The notes under the pieces were generated by a model. That model saw only the letters and a program-made list of their open reading frames with translations, did not search any database and was not told where the DNA came from. Made by a program: the position numbers and the translations under genes. A stretch of 64,000 nt of DNA from the NCBI GenBank assembly GCA_965204375.1, contig OZ241986.1:2816001-2880000 (forward strand), read 5' to 3'. Positions 29,709-38,728 of the stretch are shown here, piece after piece (within the stretch, counting starts at the first letter, position 1; every line of letters begins with the position of its first letter). Source of the stretch: Candidatus Latescibacterota bacterium (GTDB lineage Bacteria > Latescibacterota > UBA2968).

Positions 29709-29752
29709 GTGAACTGGTCTGGACTGCGACCAGTTGTACATCTTTCCACACT

Positions 29753-30391
29753 TCATTCTTCATCCACCGTCCGATGTGCGAAAACATTCCACACATCAGC
29801 CAACTCGTGAACAGCCTTAAACATTGGATACAGCGCATCCCACATCGCATCTCGTGCTTTGAATGCGGCTTCCCTATCGCCCTCTGCGAATGCCTTCTTG
29901 AAAGCCGCAACTTGTACACGCTGTGTCTCTGCTGTCTGTTCTACGCGCGCGACAAAATCCTCCACAGATTGCAGGTGTTCATCTGCTCTTGCGTCTGCAT
30001 CAACGCCCAAATCCGGCTCCTGATCATAAGAAAAAGAATTCGCAAACCGGGGCAACTCCTTCTCTCCCTCTGCCGTCCAATACGTATGCGTAGGCAAAAT
30101 ATGCGGCGTCACCGACAAATACATAATCACCTCATCATCGCCCACATTGCGCACCGTATGCGCCTCATCCGTCAGTGCAATACACATCTGCCCGGGACCC
30201 AACACCTCCTTGTGCCCTTCGATATCAAACTCTGCCTGCCCTTGCAAAATCAGAAAAATCTCGTGTCCCAAATCGTGCGTATGACTCTGATTGAACTGCC
30301 CCACCTCCATCTTCAAAAAACGCGAACGAATCTGGGGAGTCACCAGCATATTGGTAATATCCTTACGATAGTCAAAAACTTGAAATGGCAT
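29753..30391 (-). CDS. Cupin-domain protein
   Basis: SHTHDLGHEIFLILQG, LGPGQ....DEAHTVRNVGD. Confidence 0.85.
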   Translation of the reverse strand: MPFQVFDYRKDITNMLVTPQIRSRFLKMEVGQFNQSHTHDLGHEIFLILQGQAEFDIEGHKEVLGPGQMCIALTDEAHTVRNVGDDEVIMYLSVTPHILPTHTYWTAEGEKELPRFANSFSYDQEPDLGVDADARADEHLQSVEDFVARVEQTAETQRVQVAAFKKAFAEGDREAAFKARDAMWDALYPMFKAVHELADVWNVFAHRTVDEE

Positions 30392-30410
30392 AATGCCCTC
30401 CGTATATTAA

Positions 30411-30586
30411 AAGGAAGAAGTTAGAAGGAAGAAGTTAGAAGACCCCGCCCAACCCCCCAAAGGCTGGTACTTCATCTCACCCTTCACTTTTCAATGATGT
30501 TTTTCATCTGCGTTCATCTGCGTTCATCTGCGGATAACACTTCACACTTCCTACTTCACACTTTATCCTTCACACTTCACACTTCC
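30411..30586 (+). repeat. Modular intergenic element with stacked tandem arrays
   Basis: (aaggaag-aagttag)x2, core ccccgcccaaccccccaaaggctg (30443), (ttcatctgcg)x3 (30503), then about 7 cacttca-type 7-mers up to the ATG. Confidence 0.85.
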
Positions 30587-30587
30587 T

Positions 30588-32534
30588 ATGAGCCTGCCCA
30601 ATCCCGCGCCACAGTCTGACCCCGCGTCACACATCACCACCCGCGCCATTATCGTTGGCCTGATCCTCACCCTTGTCATCTGCTATTTTGCCACCGACAC
30701 CACCTATCGCCTTCGCGCATCTCGCGTATCCCTCGGCCACATGCCCATGTCATTGTGGCTACCCTTTCTTCTCATCTTCCTGATCAATCCCCTGCTCAAA
30801 AAAATTCGGGAGAACTGGATGCTTCGCCCGCATGAATTGGGACTCATCCTCTGCATGGGATTTATAGGCAGCGTTTTTCCCACCAAAAACGTCGCCGGAC
30901 GCCTGATCGCCGTACTCGCCAGCCCCTATTACAAAGCCACGCCGGAAAACCGATGGGCGGAATTTACCCACGAACACATCCAACCCTGGGCTGTACCCAG
31001 CAATCGCGCGGGCGACATCACCAATTTGTGGGAAGGATTGCCAGCGCATCTCTCCACGCCCTATCACGTCTGGGCTGTGCCGCTCTTCTGGTGGTTCACA
31101 TTTTTCTTCGCACTATTCATCGCCTGTTTGTGCATCACCGTCATCTTGCGCAAACAATGGGTCGAACACGAACGCATCACCTTCCCCCTCGCGCAATTGC
31201 CCATCCTGATGATTCGGGATACAGCATCGGGACAAATCGGCTTCTTGAAAAACAAATTATTCTGGACGGGATTTGGCATCGCCTTATTCATCTTATCCTG
31301 GAATATACTACCCCTCTTCTGGCACAATCTCCCAATCATACCCATTGGTCCCACATACCGTACCGCCATCTCATTTGGACACGACTTTCCCCCGCTACAA
31401 ATCAAATTCAACTTTGTCATGACCGCCTTTGGCTATCTCACCAACCTCGAAGTCCTGCTCTCCATCTGGCTATTCCACATCCTCTCGCTCATCGAAATCG
31501 GCGCGTTAAACCGCTTTGGCATCACAGTGGGCAAAGACTTTGGCAGCGGCCTATTGCTACAGCAAGTCGGTGGCTTCATCGCATTTGCCCTGTTTGGCCT
31601 CTTCATGGCGCGGCAACATATTGGAACCGTCATCCGCGCACTCTGGCAACCCGATGCAGAAGACAAAACCGAACTCCTGTCTTACCGCACCGCAGTGATC
31701 GGCTTGAGCATCTCGCTCATCTATGCCAGTGCCTGGATGTACGCGCTGGGCATTTCCCTGCCGGGCATTGCAATACAACTCGGCCTGCTCTTGATCTACT
31801 TCATCGGTCTGGCAAAAATCGTCGCAGAAACCGGCCTCGTATATGTCGAAACCCCACTGCGAACCCAGGAACTCGCCGCCGCCGCACTCGGTACAACCGT
31901 GCAAACTCCCGACCACGTCGGCATGGCACTATCGGCCAACAGCGTGGAAAGCCACCGCGAATACATCCTCCCATCTCTAACTCACACCGCCAAAATCCAC
32001 GACGTATTTCGCTGGCCACGCAATCGCATGGTCACCGCCTTAATGCTCGCCTTTATCATCGGCTTTGCCGTCTCAATTATCTACACCCTCAACCTCTGTT
32101 ACGGCGCGACCGGTGCCGCCAACATCCGCCACGTCTTTGTATTCGGAGGGTACAGCCAGCGCATGTTTGACCGCGTCGTCTCCTGGGCATCGGAGCCGAC
32201 CTCTTTTGGCCGCGTTGAATGGCAATTTCTGGCTGCTGGCGCGCTCGGCACCCTGTTTTTGAGCCTCATGCGCCTGCGCTTTGCGTGGTGGCCCCTCCAT
32301 CCGGTGGGATTCACAGTGGGATATGTCTATCCCGTCAGGGTTACCGCCTTCACCGTCTTCCTCGTCTGGGCATTCAAATCCATCGTATTGCGCATCGGCG
32401 GCATTCGGCTCTACCGCAATTTGCAACCCTTCTTCATCGGCCTCTTAATCGGCTACACCCTCGGCGTTGGCCTTTCCACACTCGTAGATCACATCTACTT
32501 CCCCGGCAACGGCCACATGGTGCATTCGTGGTAA
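30588..32534 (+). CDS. Large polytopic membrane protein (DUF6785/DUF6784-like; putative transporter)
   Basis: Many hydrophobic segments, T.RAIIVG, LRKQW.E.ER..FP, WWPLHPVGF, R.GG...YR...PFF.GL..G. Confidence 0.75.
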   Translation: MSLPNPAPQSDPASHITTRAIIVGLILTLVICYFATDTTYRLRASRVSLGHMPMSLWLPFLLIFLINPLLKKIRENWMLRPHELGLILCMGFIGSVFPTKNVAGRLIAVLASPYYKATPENRWAEFTHEHIQPWAVPSNRAGDITNLWEGLPAHLSTPYHVWAVPLFWWFTFFFALFIACLCITVILRKQWVEHERITFPLAQLPILMIRDTASGQIGFLKNKLFWTGFGIALFILSWNILPLFWHNLPIIPIGPTYRTAISFGHDFPPLQIKFNFVMTAFGYLTNLEVLLSIWLFHILSLIEIGALNRFGITVGKDFGSGLLLQQVGGFIAFALFGLFMARQHIGTVIRALWQPDAEDKTELLSYRTAVIGLSISLIYASAWMYALGISLPGIAIQLGLLLIYFIGLAKIVAETGLVYVETPLRTQELAAAALGTTVQTPDHVGMALSANSVESHREYILPSLTHTAKIHDVFRWPRNRMVTALMLAFIIGFAVSIIYTLNLCYGATGAANIRHVFVFGGYSQRMFDRVVSWASEPTSFGRVEWQFLAAGALGTLFLSLMRLRFAWWPLHPVGFTVGYVYPVRVTAFTVFLVWAFKSIVLRIGGIRLYRNLQPFFIGLLIGYTLGVGLSTLVDHIYFPGNGHMVHSW

Positions 32535-32538
32535 GGGA

Positions 32539-32654
32539 CGAATCAGCGAATCAACGAATCAACGAACCCCGCCCATCCTCCCAAAGCATGTGCTGACATG
32601 ATGTAAGTCAGTATCAGTGTATTCCATTCGTCTATTCGTCTATTCGTCTATTCG
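32539..32654 (+). repeat. Modular intergenic element: 8-mer arm / core / inverted 8-mer arm
   Basis: (cgaatcaa)x3, core ccccgcccatcctcccaaag (32567), (attcgtct)x3. Confidence 0.85.
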
Positions 32655-32656
32655 CC

Positions 32657-32691
32657 AAAAAGGGTCGCCATCGCGCGATGACACCCCCTTT
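32657..32691. terminator. Possible bidirectional terminator
   Basis: aaaggg..catcgcgcgatg..cccttt imperfect hairpin between convergent genes. Confidence 0.5.
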
Positions 32692-32695
32692 CAAT

Positions 32696-34204
32696 TCAGG
32701 CTGGCTCTCGAAATGCCTGTTCCCGGATAGTATTTACATACGGATGCCCCGTCTCCTCCAACCAGTTCAAAATCCGATCTCGCATCGATGCGGCACGCGC
32801 GCGATCCCGATACGCCAGATTGTATTCCTCAAGAGGATCATCCGCCAGATTGTAAAGCTCGTCCAGATCGCGCTGATCACCACCTAAAGGCTTCCAATTC
32901 AGCACAAACTTCCACGTTCCCTGCCTGAGCATCACACCGCGATTCATCAAATCTGTAAAAATCTCTTCTCGCGCAACATCGCGCACGCCCCGCAAAATAC
33001 CGCCTATACTCTCGCCATCCACCCCATCGGGAATATCCATACCCGCCAGATCCAGCAGCGTGGGCATCACATCCACACTGCTATTCAAAGAAGTATTCAC
33101 AGACCCCGCCTCAATTCGCCCGGGCCACCGCACCAAACACGGCACCTTCATCAACGTATCGTAGCCACAATACGTCAACTTATACACCATACCAAACTGC
33201 CCCACCATATCGCCGTGATCTGAAACAAACATCACAATCGTATTCTCCGCCTGACCATTGTCATCCAGCGCGTTGAGCACCCGCTCGACTTGTGCGTCGA
33301 TATAACTCACATATCCCCAATAACGCCGAATATAGTCCCGAACCTCATCTCTCGACCAGACATCGCGCACATAAGTGCGATCATGACCCGATTGAAAACG
33401 CGGCTTATCCTCCAATGGCGCGTCGTAATTATCGGGCAGGACGACATCATCCAAATCGTACATCGCATCCCATGGCTCGGGCGGGCAGACGGGCAAATGC
33501 GGTCCGTAAAAAGACAACACCGCACAAAATGGATTGTCCCGATTGGCATTGAGGAACGTCACCATCTCATCGGCAAAAAAGTGTGCCATATGGTGATCCT
33601 CCCCCAACAAACTCACACTGTGCTCCCGATCTGGCGCACTCGGCGCTGCCTGGTGATTGCCCACGCGAGGCGCATTTTTAACCTCATCGGGCAAATTGGT
33701 CGTCTGCAAATACGCTTTGAAATGCTTCCAGCCCCCAACCCAGTGATCAAATCCACTGCGGGGTTCATCCTCGCCCGTGCCGCCTTCCACCTGTACAAAC
33801 TCAAAATCGCGCGTACTATCTACCCGTTTTTGCACCCAGCAATCGTCAAACGGACCGCGTCCTGAAAGCTCGCGATACATATTCCCCCCCAAATGCCACT
33901 TGCCAATCCACGCGGTTTTATAGCCCGCATCGCGAAATGTATTGCCAATTGACGGCAACGCATCGTCTAATTCCACATTATTAGTCATCACCCCGTGATT
34001 GTGCGTATAGCGCCCGGTCAAATACGTCGCCCGAGACGGCGTACACGGAAACGCCGCAATATAAAAATTGTCAAACCGCATGCCCTCCTGTGCCAGACGG
34101 TCCTGCGCGGGTGTCTCAACAACCGAATTGCCATAACAGCCGATAGTCGATACGGGTTGCTGATCCGTCATAATCAAAAGTACGTTGGGACGATCACTGG
34201 ACAT
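32696..34204 (-). CDS. Cys-type sulfatase
   Basis: RPNVLLIMTDQQ, CTPSR, GKWHLG, SDHGDM, ELYNL..DP.E. Confidence 0.92.
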   Translation of the reverse strand: MSSDRPNVLLIMTDQQPVSTIGCYGNSVVETPAQDRLAQEGMRFDNFYIAAFPCTPSRATYLTGRYTHNHGVMTNNVELDDALPSIGNTFRDAGYKTAWIGKWHLGGNMYRELSGRGPFDDCWVQKRVDSTRDFEFVQVEGGTGEDEPRSGFDHWVGGWKHFKAYLQTTNLPDEVKNAPRVGNHQAAPSAPDREHSVSLLGEDHHMAHFFADEMVTFLNANRDNPFCAVLSFYGPHLPVCPPEPWDAMYDLDDVVLPDNYDAPLEDKPRFQSGHDRTYVRDVWSRDEVRDYIRRYWGYVSYIDAQVERVLNALDDNGQAENTIVMFVSDHGDMVGQFGMVYKLTYCGYDTLMKVPCLVRWPGRIEAGSVNTSLNSSVDVMPTLLDLAGMDIPDGVDGESIGGILRGVRDVAREEIFTDLMNRGVMLRQGTWKFVLNWKPLGGDQRDLDELYNLADDPLEEYNLAYRDRARAASMRDRILNWLEETGHPYVNTIREQAFREPA

Positions 34205-34219
34205 CGCAAACCTCTCCTT

Positions 34220-35290
34220 CTACGCCAAAAACTTCAGGCAAACGGGCATAGGCACTTCCACGACATGCCCGGTCTCTGTCAATTTTCCGGTCTCTCGGTC
34301 AATGGCGAAAGAAACAATTGTATCGCTACTTTGATTCTCCGCGAGCAAGTAATTGCCATCGGGCGAAAGCGCGATATTGCGAGGCGTCTCTCCTCCAGTG
34401 GGATGAATATCGACCGGCGTCAAGTGACCACTGGACTCGTCAACCGCAAAAATGGCGACACTATCGTGACCGCGATTTGACCCATACACAAACTTGCCAT
34501 CGGATGAAACGTGAATATCCGCCGTATGACTCGTATCTGAAAAATCGCCGGGCAATGTGGCGATAGATTGCAACTCGGTCAACGCGCCGGTCTCTGCATC
34601 ATAGGCGTACGCATTGACAGTATTTCCGATTTCATTGATCAGATAAGCGTATTGTCCCCCGGGGTGAAAAGCAAAATGGCGCGGTCCCTCACCCGGCGCA
34701 ACAGAGACAGATGGCGGGTCATTCGCAACGAGTTTGCCGTTTTCGAGATCAAGCTCGAAAATCAACACCTTGTCCAAACCGAGATCGGCAACATAAACGC
34801 GCTTGTTATCCGGTGAAATATTCGCAGAATGGGCGTGGGGACCTTGCTGCCGTTGCGGATTGACACTACTGCCCTCGTGCTGAATAAAATCCGACGCTTC
34901 GCCCAACGCACCGTCTTCCCCAATGGGCAACATACAGGTGCTGCCCCCACCGTAATTTGCCACCACAGCATAGCGACCCGTCGCATCGATATTCAAATGG
35001 CAGGGACCCGTGCCTACAGTCGATTGCCGGTTGATAAACGCGAGTTCTGCAGCCTCTGCATCAATGGCATAAGCACTAATCGCCCCTGCGCTCTCGCCAT
35101 TGTATTCACTGATCTCATTGACCGCATAGAGAAATCGTTCATTGGGATGAATGGCGAGAAATGTCGGATTCTCACTCTCGATGCTATTCGCCGGAATGAG
35201 TTCACCGGTCTCGGTATTGAATCGGTGAACGTAAATACCTTTGCTGCCCGTGCGAGTATAGGTACCAATAAAAGCGATGGTATTGCTCAT
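34220..35290 (-). CDS. pgl: 6-phosphogluconolactonase (7-bladed lactonase family)
   Basis: FIGTYT, ANYGGG, RQQGPHAH, ADLGLD, GPRH, YGSNRGHDS, TPRN. Confidence 0.88.
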   Translation of the reverse strand: MSNTIAFIGTYTRTGSKGIYVHRFNTETGELIPANSIESENPTFLAIHPNERFLYAVNEISEYNGESAGAISAYAIDAEAAELAFINRQSTVGTGPCHLNIDATGRYAVVANYGGGSTCMLPIGEDGALGEASDFIQHEGSSVNPQRQQGPHAHSANISPDNKRVYVADLGLDKVLIFELDLENGKLVANDPPSVSVAPGEGPRHFAFHPGGQYAYLINEIGNTVNAYAYDAETGALTELQSIATLPGDFSDTSHTADIHVSSDGKFVYGSNRGHDSVAIFAVDESSGHLTPVDIHPTGGETPRNIALSPDGNYLLAENQSSDTIVSFAIDRETGKLTETGHVVEVPMPVCLKFLA

Positions 35291-35302
35291 GGGAAATCTC
35301 CT

Positions 35303-36397
35303 TTAATGACTCAAAATATCGACGACCATATCACCAAAATCACTCGTCGAAAGAACATTCTTGGGATCGGTTATTTCTGAGGCGAGTTCAGAAGTGGCAT
35401 ACCCTCTTTCGAGAATATCAAACATAGCATTCCACAAAGCGTCGGACTCCTCTTTGAGACCCAGACATTTATCCAGCAAAAATGCAATACTGCCAATCAT
35501 AGAATAGGGATTGGCGATATTTTGACCCGCGATATCGGGTGCCGAGCCGTGCGCCGGTTCCACATAGCCCTTTTCCGGACCCATACACGCCGAAGGCATC
35601 AAACCGAGAGAACCGAGCAAACCACCTGCCTGATCGGTCAGAATATCGCCTTGCATATTTTCCAAAAGCATAACCCCGTTGAATTGCGTGGGATCTCTGA
35701 CGAGTTGAAAAGCCGCATTATCGACGATAATCGACACACATTCGACATCGTCGTATTCTTTTGCCATATCTTCGATAATCGCATCCCAGAGCCGAGACGT
35801 CGCCAGCACATTGGATTTGTGGACATGGGTCATCTTAACACCGAGACGTCGGGCTTCATCAAACGCAATTTTCCCAATCGCGCGTACCTGTTCTTCGGTA
35901 TAAATACAATCGTCACGCGCGTATTTCATACCCGTGGCAGTACCCTCTTCTTTCTCCCCAAAATAAATACCACCCACCAGTTCCCGAATCATGAGAATAT
36001 CAATACCCTCTCCAATGACACTATCGCGCAAAGGTGAAAATGACGCGAGAGATTTGGGCAGCCTGACCGGGCGATAATTGGCATACGTATTAAAACGCTT
36101 TCGCAAAGGCAGAATAGCCCCGAGTTCCGGACGCGACTCCTGTGGAATTTTCTTCGTCTCTTCAATGGAAAGCCCCACCGGACCTTTGATAATCGCGTCT
36201 GCCCGATCACACAGGGCTTTTGTCTCATCGGGAAACGGACTACCCTCATCAAAATACGATGCCGCACCAAAAGGCGCGTATTCCAGCACAAATTCGTGAT
36301 CGAACTTTTTTTCAATCGTGCGAAGAGCTTTAATCCCTTCGCGTACAATCTCGGGACCAATGCCGTCGCCTTCGAGCACGGCGAGGGTTTTTTTCAT
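35303..36397 (-). CDS. leuB: 3-isopropylmalate dehydrogenase
   Basis: GDGIGPEI, RPE...L.LRK, ANYRP, RELVGGIYFG, KSNVL, GDILTD, EPAHGSAPDIAGQNIANP. Confidence 0.85.
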   Translation of the reverse strand: MKKTLAVLEGDGIGPEIVREGIKALRTIEKKFDHEFVLEYAPFGAASYFDEGSPFPDETKALCDRADAIIKGPVGLSIEETKKIPQESRPELGAILPLRKRFNTYANYRPVRLPKSLASFSPLRDSVIGEGIDILMIRELVGGIYFGEKEEGTATGMKYARDDCIYTEEQVRAIGKIAFDEARRLGVKMTHVHKSNVLATSRLWDAIIEDMAKEYDDVECVSIIVDNAAFQLVRDPTQFNGVMLLENMQGDILTDQAGGLLGSLGLMPSACMGPEKGYVEPAHGSAPDIAGQNIANPYSMIGSIAFLLDKCLGLKEESDALWNAMFDILERGYATSELASEITDPKNVLSTSDFGDMVVDILSH

Positions 36398-36423
36398 AAT
36401 AAACCTTTCTGTTTAATTAAAAA

Positions 36424-37170
36424 TTACGAGTTAAGAGCAAGGCTAACTTCCGATGCCGCCTCTCTATCTAAAATAAACGTACAATCCGAATGTGTCTGTA
36501 AAAAACTCGCCGGACAGGCCGGATGCGGGACCCCCTGAACAGCGCGAGCAATCGCTCCTGCCTTATCTGTACCCGTCGCCAGAAGGATAATGCGCTTCGC
36601 CTCGCAAATCGTCGCAATCCCCGCGGTGAGCGCCTGTTTGGGCACATCTTCAACACGCTCGAAAAAGCGACTATTCGCCGCAATCGTACTCTCGGTCAAA
36701 TCGACCAGACGGGTGCGAGAATCGGGCGCACTGCCAGGCTCATTAAAAGCAATATGTCCATTGCGACCAATGCCGAGCAACCACAGATCCACACCGCCAC
36801 ACGCCCGTATCTTAGCCTCAAAAGCCCTGCACTCGAGATCGGCATCCACTGCCATGCCATTGGGTACATGCGTATTCCACAATTGAATATCAGTATCTGA
36901 AAAAAACGTGTGATTCATAAAAAAACGATAACTCTGCGGATGCGTGCCATCAAGCCCCCAGTACTCATCGAGATTAAAGGCCGTCAGCCCCGAAAAACTC
37001 AGCCCCCCCTGATTCATCCGCACGAGTTCCGCATAAGTCCTCACTGGCGTTGATCCCGTCGCCAAACCCAGCACAGCATCTGGCTTCTGGCGAATAAGCG
37101 CGGCAATTTCCGATGCGGCAGCGCGGGCCACATCGTCGGGCGTATGGCAAATTTTCACTTGAATAGGCAT
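36424..37170 (-). CDS. nagB: Glucosamine-6-phosphate deaminase
   Basis: VLGLATGSTP, FNLDEY, HPQSY, LGIGRNGHIAFNEPG, PASFLQTH. Confidence 0.95.
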   Translation of the reverse strand: MPIQVKICHTPDDVARAAASEIAALIRQKPDAVLGLATGSTPVRTYAELVRMNQGGLSFSGLTAFNLDEYWGLDGTHPQSYRFFMNHTFFSDTDIQLWNTHVPNGMAVDADLECRAFEAKIRACGGVDLWLLGIGRNGHIAFNEPGSAPDSRTRLVDLTESTIAANSRFFERVEDVPKQALTAGIATICEAKRIILLATGTDKAGAIARAVQGVPHPACPASFLQTHSDCTFILDREAASEVSLALNS

Positions 37171-37180
37171 AGATCAGAAA

Positions 37181-38725
37181 TCACGCTCGGCGCAGCACCT
37201 GGCCTGGTAACGCACCTGTGGGTTCTCCATTGGCAATGACGGACTGTCCGTTGACAAAAACATGCGAAATACCGACTGGCGACAGCGTGGGATTTTCAAA
37301 AGTAGATCTCGCAGCCACCGTATCGGGATCAAAAACAACGAGATCTGCGGCCTTGCCCACAGCGAGTTCGCCCCGGTCGGGAATATTGAACCGCTGCGCG
37401 GGAAAACCGCTCATCTTGTAGATCGCTTCCTCAAAAGTCAGCAACTCGCGCTCGCGCACAAAATGACCCAGCACGCGCGCAAAACACCCAAAACCCCGCG
37501 GATGCGGATGCGGAATATTAAAAATACCATCACTGGCAATCATCATACGCGGATGTGTGGCCGTGCGCGTCACGGTCTGCACGGCTACTTCGGGATCAAC
37601 CTGCCAGGGAAAAATAACGGCATGATCTTCGCGCTCTTGAAAAATCAGATCGTAGGCAAAATCTTCGAGAGATATATTTGCCCGAGCCGCGAGATCGCAC
37701 AGGCGTTCTCCCGTGTACTTGCCCGAGCCAGTGTAACCCACAATTTGATCGCCGCGCCCGAGCCATGTCTTGAGTTCGGCGATGGACTCAGCACGAATCT
37801 CTGGGTCTTCGAGACGCGCATTGACCTCATCTGGGCTACCGACCTGAAATTTCATGGGCAACATCATATACAAATGGGTCATCCCGGCTGGATAGAGATA
37901 GGATTCAAATGTCAAATCGATATCTTCCCGCTCGATTCTCTCCAGCAAATCGGCATTCTCATCGTTGACCCTCTCGTGCGAAATATGAACCGGGATATTT
38001 GCAGCACGGGAAAGCGCGATGGTCTCTTCCCATGCAGCAACGCGCCCAATCGTGTGATAGCGCACATGAGCCGCGTAAATACCTCCGTATTCCGCCGCGA
38101 CTTTGCAAAGCGCGACAAGCTCCCGAAAATCTGCATTGGCACTCGGCTGATAATCGAGCCCCAGATTGAGCGCGCCAGCCCCCACCTCCATCCACTGGCG
38201 CGTGAGATCCGCCATCCGCGCAATCTCATCATCTGTTGCCGGTCGCGCATCCCACCCGCATGCAGACAAGCGAACCGCGCAATGAGGAACTTGCGGATAC
38301 ACATTTGCCGGGCTGTTATTGGGAAAAAGACTCAGATAATCCTCAGGCGTTTGCCAGCCAATCGGTATATCGACCTCGCCAACGGAAAAGCGCGTATATG
38401 TCCACAATGCTCGCGTGCGCTCGGGCGACAGCCCCGTCCATCCAAACCCATCGGGCGTCAGAAGTTGCGTGGTAATGCCCTGCCGCACCTCGGCATAGCG
38501 GTGAACACCTGTGAGAAGAGCGATCTCCGAATGAACGTGCACATCGATAAAACCGGGACAGACGATCTGTCCCGTCGCGTCAATAACCGTATCGGCCTCT
38601 GACTGAGACAAATCGCCAATGGCCTCAATGCGATCACTGCAAATGCCAACATCCGCCTGAAAACCGGGCGTTCGGCCCGTGCCGTCAATCACTGTGCTGT
38701 TGCGAATAATCAGATCAAAAGTCAC
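37181..38725 (-). CDS. N-acyl-D-amino-acid deacylase family amidohydrolase
   Basis: VIDGTG, PGFIDVHVH, ASDG, PHPRGFG.F.RVLG, ADLVVFDP, VFVNG. Confidence 0.9.
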   Translation of the reverse strand: MTFDLIIRNSTVIDGTGRTPGFQADVGICSDRIEAIGDLSQSEADTVIDATGQIVCPGFIDVHVHSEIALLTGVHRYAEVRQGITTQLLTPDGFGWTGLSPERTRALWTYTRFSVGEVDIPIGWQTPEDYLSLFPNNSPANVYPQVPHCAVRLSACGWDARPATDDEIARMADLTRQWMEVGAGALNLGLDYQPSANADFRELVALCKVAAEYGGIYAAHVRYHTIGRVAAWEETIALSRAANIPVHISHERVNDENADLLERIEREDIDLTFESYLYPAGMTHLYMMLPMKFQVGSPDEVNARLEDPEIRAESIAELKTWLGRGDQIVGYTGSGKYTGERLCDLAARANISLEDFAYDLIFQEREDHAVIFPWQVDPEVAVQTVTRTATHPRMMIASDGIFNIPHPHPRGFGCFARVLGHFVRERELLTFEEAIYKMSGFPAQRFNIPDRGELAVGKAADLVVFDPDTVAARSTFENPTLSPVGISHVFVNGQSVIANGEPTGALPGQVLRRA

Positions 38726-38728
38726 TTT

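Noticed and set aside
28589-30424. 611-aa + strand ORF
   Set aside because: It is antisense to the IS3 remnant, isomerase and cupin genes and has no recognisable motifs; a shadow ORF from codon bias.
30411-32654. CRISPR array interpretation of the short repeats
   Set aside because: Units are 7-10 nt and contiguous, with no unique spacers and no cas genes.
37262-38602. 446-aa + strand ORF (and similar long alternative-frame ORFs, e.g. 30953-32170 and 7714-8538)
   Set aside because: These overlap well-supported genes and have low-information R/H/P-rich translations.
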